Assembly (NCBI RefSeq): GCF_021869535.1 | Contig: NW_026262582.1 | Location: 18,786,001-18,850,000, forward strand | DNA length: 64,000 bases | Direction of reading: 5' to 3' | Source: Mytilus californianus | Lineage: Eukaryota | In this document: piece after piece, positions 37,001 through 49,000 of the stretch | Layout: each line of letters opens with the position of its first letter | Numbering within the stretch: position 1 is the first letter of the stretch | Made by a program: the position numbers and the translations under genes | Notes under the pieces: generated by a model | Told to the model about the DNA's origin: nothing | The model's database searches: none | The model's input: the letters and a program-made list of their open reading frames with translations, nothing else

Positions 37001-40000
37001 TCAAATATTTTATGAAATGGAAGAAATATAGTCATATATATCTATTTTAATGTTTATTTTTTATTCATTTTGATAACTTAAGATTTCAAATTCAAGAACG
37101 CTTGACATACACATGAAACATTAAACTAGTTAACGGTGTGTCCGTCTATGTTTTTAGCTAAAGAACAAACAGTTAATCTAGCAAAATGTCTGTTTGACAA
37201 TGTGTCATGGAAAATCAGTTAATTTTTCGGGCAAGAATGGGAGTTTCAATTATAGCATTTTAGTTGCACACGGTTATTTTAGCATATCTAATTTTGTTAT
37301 GTAGAAAGATTACATCACAAGAATGTTTTACTTGATCCATCAATTTTGCTTCGTACATCTAGTAACACGATGTTTTGTATGACTATTTGTTTTTGATTAA
37401 AAAGATATTTTACATATTTTAGCTCCAAACCATAATTTATATGACAGTTGCTTTCTAGTTGGTTAATACAGTGTAACGTTGATTGTGTCTTTTTTTCTTT
37501 TTTTGTTGTTTTTATTTTCCCTTTTCTTAATTTACCTTCGAGTTCGATAATTTTATTAATACTTTGTTTGTGTATACAAAGGTATTATCGATTTAATCGA
37601 AAACGAGTTTATGATACAGATGCATTTAACATTTAATTATCATAGGAACAGTTCTAAACAACCCCAAAATGGGAGTCGTTGTGTATCTTATACGATAAAG
37701 AGTGCAATGGCTTTTGTTTACATTTTACTGAATATCACCATAACAATTCTGTTTATTACAAATTCTAATATGACGTTCTTCAAACACTTAGTACACACCC
37801 GTGTTAAAATTCGAACATATTCATATGTCAGTTGATTGCAAAAGTCATGCTTCGTTTGGGCTGTTCGAATCCAACTCCCACGTCATATGATTTTTCGGAA
37901 TAATTAACCCCACGTCAGATGGTGTAAATGACGTCAGGATGTAAGGATTTTACGGGAATAAGCAACGAATAGGAAACTGAAAATCGTCAAAACACAAAAT
38001 CATAAACAAACGATGGTAAGTGTATAAAGTCCATATCTACTAAATAAAATGAAGATAGTCAATTAAACTCATCCACATCTGTCTTAGTATGTTATTGTTT
38101 ATCGATTAAGAATGTCACTTTTTCAATTGCCTACGTCGTTTACGTCAATATCAATAGTGTGTTCAATTACTGGAACAGCAAACATTGCCCTTCACATAGA
38201 GCGGTTAGATCAAATAGAATTGTGTTTGTCCTTTTAGAATAGAAATAATTCATTGGGGCTTGAATTTGTATTGATTTGTTTGATCCTTTATGCTGATACC
38301 CCCGTTGTCGCTAGTGGTAAACGTTTTAGCATAAAGGGCCAATCTGTGGTAAAATCACGATAAGTTCAAGCCCCATACATTATTTTAAAAAAAATCAAAA
38401 AACTGTCAAACTAATAAGGTTAAAAAACGATCATTCATTAAGGATTCATTCCAGGTTATGTCTTGGCAGGGTGCAAAAACTTGTGTTACTAGGCATTACA
38501 GAAAATGTATTTATATAATTCAGGTTATGTATATGCTGTACATTTTGAAATGGAAAATACCACGGATTCTAAAACCCGAAAAAAACTACAACAGTTCAGA
38601 AACCAAACGCAAGAAAGAAATTGATAAAAAGAAAGGAAAGTTAAATAAAACGAAAGAAGAGTTAGAAAGAAAGTTAAAAAGAAAGTTAGAAAGAAAGAAA
38701 CAAATCCAGGAAATAGCTGAAAATACCTTCCTACTAGCTCTTGATGGAGATGTTGACTTCCAACCAGAGGCTGTACTAAGTTTAATGAGACGAATGGAAA
38801 AGAACGATAAAGTAGGGGCAGCATGTGGCAGAATTCATCCCATTGGAAATGGTATGTTATTGTGGGTTTATTGATATACTTGTTTTCGTTTTAGAGCAGA
38901 AAAAGACGTATTTGAATAAAAGTGGTTTATATTTAGGAATATTCAAATTGATTATAAAGACTTTTTTTATTGAAACGTGTTGTATACTTCTTCATAATGG
39001 TTTGTATTGATCTTCTTTGTGATGTCATCCACAACATTTGGCCTCCGAAGGGTCATAGTTTCATTGGCAATCAAACCTCATCTCCTTATTTCAATTTCAA
39101 CAGTTTTTTTTTCAATTCATATTACTAACTGTAACCTGCACATAAATGACATAGACATACAGATTTTTTTAAACGCTGATATATATATATCGGATTTCAT
39201 TTGGTGTTTTCAAATTTAAATTAGAATATTATAAAAGGGCATAACACAGGGATTCTTTTCTATACTTTACTTTGGTTATAATCTGTCTACATGTTACTTA
39301 GATTAAACACATAATGACTTATTAAAAGAGAAATACAGTCCGTACCACCAAAAAAAACATAGCAAAATGTTCCCTTTGCTATGGAATCAGAATTTACATT
39401 AAATAATAGTATAGAAATGTAGTACAGCTTGGTTAGTTACACATGATATCAAACAATCCGTCTGTCAAATGTTGTCAGATGAGTGGCGTTCACAAGTTGG
39501 GATTGTTTAAACATCTTAAAGCTGGCCAAAGTTCCATAACTGTTGTAAAAATGATCGAATGTGATGGTGAAGGTTGTTCAAGAAAAAAATAAAGACAAAT
39601 AATCCTAAGTCTACAAGTTATCTGTCAAACAATTTAATTTATTGAATAAAATGTGTTTTGGGGTGTCTTGGAGACTTTTGATATCCCAACGGAAGTAGCC
39701 GTCGGCGGGGACAATTACTCTTTAAGAAATAGACAGATTTTCCACATCATGAGCGTCTCTATCAATATTATGACATTATTTAGCCTAAGTTTTTTTTATT
39801 TTGAACAAAGGCATGTTCATGTTTTATAAACAGGTCCTATGGTTTGGTATCAACAGTTTGAATATGCTATAAGTCATTGGCTTCAGAAGGCAACTGAACA
39901 CGTGATTGGTTGTGTCTTATGTAGTCCTGGCTGTTTCAGTTTGTTCCGAGGTTCTGCAATATTACAACACGAAGTACTTGAGACATATACTTCAGTTGCA

Positions 40001-43000
40001 CAAGAAGCAAGACAGTGTTTGCAGTATGATCAAGGTAAGTTTATTTATTTAATATGTGAATACTTCATCATGTTATGACACAATGTCTCCGTCATCCCCT
40101 GTTCCTTTATCAAAGTGTTCGGGTATAATTATAAGATTGAATGATTGTTATTGAGATTACTATTCAAAACCAATCAGCTTCAGTGATCTGCAGATATTTT
40201 TTCTATATAAACTGACCAATATATGACCAAACCAACATTACTTCAGTACACAGAATGATTAAGGGAATGCTGTGGTTAAGAATAGATATCTGATCTTGAC
40301 TGATTATTAAAATCTGTACTATTAAATATTGAATAATCTATGATATTTGATTAAATTTCATTATTTTGAGAAAACGTAAAACTTGATCACAGTGGTAACA
40401 TAATAAAAGATAAAAATAACAACTGTTACGCTGTATTTATATTGGGCAAAAACAATAAACTGATTGACCAGAATAGTAACAATGGCAGACTTAAAGTAGA
40501 TGATCTAGATTATGTGCCACAAGATAATTCGAGGGTAGAAAAATGAATCTTTATAAGAAAACACGAACAATTAAATTTCAAATTAGTAGAAATGATTTTT
40601 GGCAAGATTTGTTGTACGTTTTTCTGCCATCGTTGTCAGCATAATGAAATTGTATAGGACATACAAGTGAGAGGTTTAAATAGCTATAAAATTAGGTTTA
40701 ATCCACCTTTTACTGCAAAAGAAAATGCCTGCATCAAGTCAGGAATATGACAGTTTTTGATTTTACCATTTGATAAGGGCTTTTAGTTTTCCTCGGGGTT
40801 CGGTATTTTTGTTATTTTACTTTTGATCATAAAGTAACCAGGGCCATAACTTCTTCAAAACCGGGCGATATTTACGAGAATCTGTATTTGCAATGTTAAT
40901 ACTTGTGCTTGTGCAATGAACATGTGCCGTTGACATTAAATTTGGGATTTCGTCGACTGCCATACTTTCTTCCCAAAGTTCTGAAGTAGAGGATGTTTCA
41001 GGCATTTTCTCGGCATTTCTTGTATAATTATTATTTTATCGCGACCAACAAATTTAAATGAGAGCGACGTACTTTGATAAGACAAATCAATTTGCTATAG
41101 GCATTCTTACAAAATGTACACACGAACCAAAAACAAAAAACTGACAAGGACTGAAAAACGCCTTTAATGGAGACAAATACTGCATTTAAAAATACCTTTT
41201 GGTTTTTTAATCGAAATTATAGCAAGTATACTCTAAAGATTATGATTTGAGAAAATGATAGAGAAAATGATTGAGCGTAAATTAAATTCATTCCATGATA
41301 ACATTAAGACCGCGAAAATTAGCTAGTGAGTTGAAATACCGACCTATCGTATCGATGAAAAAAATTCGTGATTACACTTATATAAACCGTCGATTTCAGT
41401 TGTCTTTCCCATATCTCTGTTGGGGTAGTTTTCATGAAAGGAGCACTTCTCTGTTCATGAAGTCCGTATAGTGTGAACATGTACATGGAAGCGCGTATGT
41501 TCTTAATGTGATATTTAACATCAATACGAGTGTGGTTCTTCAAGGAGAATGATATTTCTTTAATTAACGCTAGGAATTTGCATATAAGTTTCACATTTTT
41601 GTAGGAAAAGCTCTCGTTAATGAGATCATGTAAACAATCTTTCTATTGAACATGGGGCATACATGTACATAACAATTTTTTTATATATCACTGTAATCTA
41701 ATTTAGATTGGGGTAACGATTTTAAATTAACACCTAAGATTTGTTAACTATCCCCATCTTATAGACACCACTGGTTGATTATACCGCATCCCATTACTTC
41801 TGCAAGCCACTTTTGAAAAGCATTTAGGTGAACACCTGATTAGAAAAAAGTCAGGAACCATACTGATTAAAACCATTTTGAAATCACAATCATACTTTTT
41901 GAATGCTGAAAAACTTTGATATTGAAAATATTTTGTTTTCATTTTTACATTGGCCAAATCAAATCTGAAGTTGCAGACAACTTAAAATCAATAAAAAATT
42001 TCAAAAGTTATGACAAATAAGACAAATGCAATCTATTCCTCGGGGAAGAGACACCTTGATGTTTCGAAAGGCTCGATATTTTAAAAACAGTTAACTTACA
42101 GAAAGGAAACATGCCAATGTGATATTTAGTTTATTCATATTATCTTTTCCGGGTTGTTTTTTGTTTGTTTGTTTTTGTTGGTCTTGACATTGGTATTATA
42201 ATGTTTCGTGTCAACGGTTGTAGTTAAATCAAACGTTTTCAATTGCACTGGACCAGATCGGCATTTTCATGATCAAGTTATTTAAAGAAATAAAGTTTCT
42301 GCTTTAAAATGAAAATGTGATTTTATTTAATTTTTTAAATATCTAATCTTACTTTTGTCAATGTTTACGGTGTATGAATGCGTTTGCTTTTGTTGTAGTT
42401 CAGTGTTTCTATTGCTCCGTTGTTTTCCTCATATGGTTGATGTGTTTCCCTCGGTTTTAGTTTGTTTTCCGGATTTGTTCTGCTTAATTGAATTTCGACT
42501 ATGGATCCGTGGTATATTACAGTTGCCTTTATTTACTATCCAATGAACAGTCGACTTTCAGTTTCAGCTTTCATTCTTCTCAGTAGTCTACAAATAACAT
42601 ACACAAGCATGATGTACTATTCGTTGCTATTCAAAATGTCATGAAAATAATTTTTCGCCTGTAAAAATGAAAATTATCCGTCAGGTAAAGTTTACCACAG
42701 AAGTAGTTAGCAGCTCTACATCATGCAGATGTAATAATGCCCTTTTTTGGTTTAAATAACCGTACCAGATCCAGAAACATATGTTTTGCACACTAAAATA
42801 TGTATCCAATATCTGTATTTTGATAACATTCTATGCAAACAAATATCTTATACACCGGCAAGGTTATACATAACATACGTTTGTAAAATATAACTCTCAC
42901 TTATTTTTATATATTTTTTCAAATAGTAATCAGAATTGGAGAATGTGTCAAAGAGACAACAATCCGACCAAAGAGTAAAAAAAAAAAAAAAAAAAACAAC

Positions 43001-46000
43001 AGCCGAAGGCCACCTCTGGGTCTTCAACATAGCGAGAAAAATCCCGCATCCGGAGGAGGACTTCAGCTGGCCCTTAATCAAAAATGTGTATTAGTTCAAT
43101 GAAAATGGACGCCATATTAAACTCCTAAATATACAAATGAACTAGAATTAAAAAAAAAACCATACAAGACTCAACAAAAAAACCATCCATACGCACGCAA
43201 AGCAAACAAAGGCTAGAGGTCTTGACTTAGGACAGGCGCAAATATGAGGCGGGGTTGAACATTTTTAGTGAGATCTCAACACTCCCCTATACCTCTAGCC
43301 AATGTAGAGTAAATAAATACACAGCAATACGCACAGTAATTCGTAGTTTAAAGGAAGTCCGAGTCAGTTGTCAGAATAGGTAACAAAAGAAACTAAGCAA
43401 ACTGTGTGTTTAAGCACTTGTAAACGAAATTTGATCTCAACTTATTTTGACAGGCGAAGATCGATGGTTATGCACTCTGCTTCTTCAAAAAGGATGGAAA
43501 ATTGAATATTGTGCAGAATCAGATTCGCATACATTTGCTCCCGAATCGTTTAATGAATTCTACACCCAACGTAGACGTTGGACACCTTCAACTATGGCCA
43601 ACATCTTAGAAATTATTCAAGACTGGAAAAATGTAACCAAAAATAATGAAAATATATCCTTCCTGTACATTGTGTATCAATTCATTTTGTTTGTTTCCAC
43701 AATTCTAACACCAGGAACAATATTCATGATTATCTTGGGAGCATTAATTGTTGGATTTGAGAGCATTCCGCCATGGTTAGCACTTATCTTAAACCTCATT
43801 CCAGTAATAGTGTTTATATTGATGTGCCTGTATACCTCAACTGAACGTCAGGTATGTATGTTATCTGTATAAAAAAAGATACAACTCATATGTATATGTA
43901 TGTTATCGATGAACATAAAAAAAACGTAATCAATTCGGGGGATTAGTTAAGATTAGTTCACAGGAATATAATGAAATTCACATAAGGACAACTATTCAGT
44001 GTTAACAATTCAATTGGTCATACAATCAACCTCTCACGAGGCAAATACTGTAAATGATGTATGTAGTTAGTGTATCGCCTCTATGAAGTACTAAAATTAA
44101 GACTTATGCGTGCCAAAGCATTGAAAATTGGTTAAACATTATGGTCGTGTTGGTTGTTTTGGTACCCAGTAATGGTAAGTCAAAAATATTAGGCATGTAC
44201 TAAGGCAAACCTAATACACATAACATTACAATGGAGTTTATTCCTCTTATCTTTAGACATTAATTATCGAAATGCGCAACTGGTGCAGAAAAAATAGTAT
44301 ACTTACTGTTATACCTACACTGAGCCAGGACCTCGTAAGCCGGGTAGTATAAGTAGTTCAACAGCTGTATGACTATCCTGTCAACACTGAGGTTGTGAGT
44401 TCGAATCTAGTATTAGCAGGTGTATTCGACTTCAATCTTAAATGATGGAGATTGTCAGTTATCCTACCAAAAAGTCAGTGGTTCTCTCCGGGTACACTGG
44501 CTTCCTCCACCAATAAAAAAACTGACGTCCAAGAAAAAGCCAATAGTGCTAGAAGTGGCATTAAACACCAAACAATAAAAAAATCAACGAATCAATGTCA
44601 CTTGGCCGAACCAATGATTTCGGCACTGTGAAAATATGGATATAGTTTGATTGAAATTTGCTGATGTTTAGCTTATATTTTTGAATTAAGAAGTGTATCT
44701 CCCTCATTCAAACTGTTTTTTAATCTAAATCAGAAAAAGGAAGAGGTTAGAATGTTTTTGGTTTTCGTTTTTTGTAATAGCGTTGTCGGTTAGCAATCGA
44801 CGTGTGAGTTACAATATCCCTTTATTATCAGCTGACACTCTATGAAAAGAAGAACACACAGTTTTGACTTTTACATGAGTACTGAGATTCTTTCGAATAC
44901 TTCTGTTCTTCAAACACATCAAATGAGTTTTCAGATGTGAATCTATCATTTTGATGGTGTCAATTTTTGTACTTCGTTAATATTTTGTTAAACTTATTGT
45001 CCAAACATACCTTATTTGTAAAATCTAAATTAGCCATCGCTTTTTAAAACGAAAATTAAATACCCGTGTTCAAGTGAAAAGGTCAAACGTTCTTATCTTT
45101 GTCATCGAAAAGAGCATCGTTTTTTTGCACTAACAGATATATATAAAATTGAGAATGGAAATGGGGAATATGTCAAAGAGACAACAACCCGACCAAAGAG
45201 CACACTACAGCCGAAGGCAACCAATGGGTCTTCAACGCAGCGAGAAAATCCGCAGCCGGAGGTGATCTTCAGCTGGCCCCTATATAAAATTGTGAACTAG
45301 TTCAGTAAAAATGGACGTCACCCTAAACTCCAACACATATAAATGAACTAAAATTTAAAACATACCAGAGGCTCCTGACTTTGGACAGGCGCAAAAATGC
45401 GGCGGGGTTAAACATGTTTTGTGAGATCTCAACCCTCCCCCTATACATCTAGCCAATGTAGAATAAAGAAACACATAGCAATACGCACAGTAAAACTCAG
45501 TTTAAAAAAAGTCCGAGTCCGATGTCAGAATAGGTAACAAAAGAAACTAAGCAAAATGACAATGATACATAAATGAACAAAGGACTACTAGCAGTTACTG
45601 ACATGCCAGCTCCAGACCTCAGTTAAACTGATTGAAAGATTATAACTTCATCATATGAAAATCAAGTACAATCCCTCCCGTTAGGGGTTTAGTATCATAC
45701 CATCATAAAATATATGAGAATAACATAACCCGTATCATGCCAACAACTAGTTTTAGAATAAATGTGTGTAATTCCGATGCAAAGACCCTATGAGTGAATC
45801 AATATTAATACCAAAATATGCAATCCTTAATGACTTGACAACAGTATCGTAACTATATCCTTTCCAAATAAGTCTGTTTAAAGGTTTGGTTAGCTTTTGA
45901 GGTGAATGCCGACACTTTTGTGCTTTGTAAAGAATATTACTATAAAATATTAGTTGTGAAATACCTGAACGTATAAGATGTCTGCATGTTGATTTATATT

Positions 46001-49000
46001 TAAGAATGATGTCCTTGTACCGATGATAAAATTAAGTAAATGTTTTGACCAGTTTGTGATATCGAAAACCCTGGTGTAATAATTTTTCAGTAATACAGAG
46101 ATTTCTTTCGTTGAAATCAAATACGTTGTTACATACTCGAGCGCATCAAACAAGCTGAGATGTATAAACACCATAAGATGGCGACAATAGGAAATGAAAG
46201 ATCATCTCTTTTATCATAAATTTTGGTATTAAGCTTCCCGTTAAAGATAAATATATCAAGATCCAGGAAAGGGCAGTGTTCATTGTTAGTATTAGCATTA
46301 TTTAAAATTAGTCTCCAGGATAAATCTCTTTAGTGTACATACTGAAGTCGTCATTATTGAGAACCAAAACATCATCTAAATATCTAAAAGTGTTGTTAAA
46401 TTTTTGAATCAGATGTTGTTTCAATGGGTCTTTGCTGATTTTATTCATAAATTGTAACTCATAACAATACAAAAACAGATCCGCAATAAGTGGTGCACAG
46501 TTAGTCCCCATGGAAATTCCGATAACCAGACGATATACGGAATCTCGTTAGCGAACAAAAATGTTATCTAGTAAAAATTCAAGGGCAGTTATAGTATCAA
46601 AGCAGGTCCAACTGACATAGTTGTAAAATACATGTATACTTATTTCTAGTGACTGTATAATGAATTGAATCATTATCTCAAACGGTATATAAAAATTGCT
46701 GAGTTAGATTGCTGACAAATAAAAATACATTGTGTATAATATGATAATATAACATCTTCACACGCTTATAACACATATTTTATGTCTATCTCTAGATTCG
46801 CCTTCCGTGACAAGGTAACACTATGACTATTGAAGTTATATTTTATAGCGGATGTGGTCGAGTGGTCTAGAGCGCTGGACATGAGGCTAAGCGATTGGTG
46901 CTGTACAGTATCAAAGGTGTGAGTTCGAATCCTGTTAAGGGACAAACATATGTCAGCATAAAAATCTAATCCTAACACTGCTGGGTGTAATTTGCAGTTT
47001 TATATAAATATCTGTATTAACTCTGTACCTCAAACACACTGAGATCCAGTGGGCATATATATGTATGGTTGTCACTTGCTAAGACCTGTGTGTATGATAT
47101 ACCTATTTCTAGTGACTGTATAATGAATTGAATCATTATCCAAAACGGTATATAAAAATTGCTGAGTTAGATTGCTGACAAATAAAAATATGTTGTATTG
47201 TCGGGTGGTCTAGAGCGCTGGATATGAGGCTAAGCGATTGGTGCTGTAGTGTATCAAAGATGTGAGTTCGAATCCCGTTGAGGGACAAAAATTTGTCAGC
47301 ATAAAATCTAATTCTAACACTGTTGGGTGTAATTTGCAGACTTATATTTATATATATATATAGAATAGAGAGTGGACACGAGGAATTTTTCAGGGAAACA
47401 ACGACCAGATCAAATAGCATAAAACAGCCTACCTGCATCAATGGGTCTTCAGCGCAGCGATAAAATCATACACTTGACGGTGGACTGCAGCAGTTCCTAA
47501 ACAAAAAACAAATACTAGTTCAGCAACATTAATGTCACATCAAACTCCGAAACATAGATAATATATGATGACGATTTTTAATGATATTGATTTGTTTGTT
47601 TAAAAAAAAAAACATCTTTATGTCTACAAAACAATGCTATAAATTAAAACAGGATAATCTTGTCTTTCTTTCTTTCTTCTGTTAAAACTCAGTACATTCA
47701 ACTTAGACTTAATTAAAAAAAATTATTATACTTGGTGTTTTTCACGGATTTACGAGATTAACCTTACTTCTATTTATTTACTACCTGAATTTTTTTCAGT
47801 TGCAAATGGCCGCCGTATTATCTTGCATATACGTGATTGTAATGGTTGTTGTTATGATCGGAGTAGTACGAGACGCCATACTTGAGGGTTTGTGCTCAAC
47901 GACAACCATTTTTATAATGTTTGTGGCTGGAGTGTTTGTCATATCAGCTATTCTTCACCCAAAGGTAAATGCCTGGATGAATTCCCAGATATCTTGTTTT
48001 GAAAGATAGGTTATTACAATTGTGGCATGTACATGTTTTAATAGAAATAATCAAAGATTATTATACTTTATCGAAAACATAGCTGATACATGAAAGAATT
48101 TAATCCAGAAAAGATATACAAAAAAATTAATTAGTAATATATAAATTCTCCTCATGATAGACTACGTATACTAAAGTTAATGATACAATGAGTTCAAATG
48201 GTGCTCAAACTTTATTTAAAACTCACCAAAGATACTGGGCTATAATTTTGTAACGCCAGACGCGCGTACAGTCTACAAAAGAATCCTCAGTGATGATGTA
48301 AGCAAGTAGTAAATAAACAGTTATCGTCTTAAAAAGACTCATCTGTGACGCTCGAATAAAAAAGTAAACAAACAGTTTTTTTTTTCTTTTCCCCTTTTGT
48401 AAATGACCATTTAGTATGTTATTGTACACTGAATCTTGTTATCGTTCAGTATAAATAAAACAAGTTCATTTTTAGTTCATTGTTGCGCATGTTTGTTCTG
48501 TATTCGACTATATAGTTTTCCAATTACTGCATAGCTTTTTGTATGAAATCGTTGTAGGAGATCCTCTGCATTCTTCCTGGGTTGCTATATTTTTTGGCCA
48601 TACCTTCAATGTCTATGTTGATGTTTCTGTTTTCAATTGGTAATCTTCATGTCACGTCATGGGGGACACGAGACACCGAAACGAAAAAGAAGCCAGACGA
48701 TAAAGCAAGCACAGAGCAGATAAATGGGAAAAATGACGCTGAATATCTTTGTTCGTTTGGAAAGATTGTTTGGTTAGTGAATTTGTTTTTTTTTATTTTT
48801 TCTGTGTCAATTCTTTCATTTCTTTCTTTCCATATGGTTAACATTAATATAAAAATAAGTAGATGTAGTATGATTGCCAATAAGACAAACTATCCAAAAA
48901 ATTTCAATTTAATTGGATGCAAGCAATTATAGGCAACCGTACGGTCTTCAACAATGAGAAAAGTCCATACCATATGGTCAGCTATAAAAGTAGAAAAATA

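Noticed and set aside
40817-41005. 62-aa minus-strand ORF ending LKKLWPWLLYDQK, reminiscent of the hAT N-terminal zinc-finger region
   Set aside because: One short motif, cut off by another repeat; not enough to call.
46846-46940. tRNA gene-like A and B boxes (also at 44328, 47199 and 60789)
   Set aside because: No cloverleaf or acceptor stem, and the bodies continue into SINE sequence.
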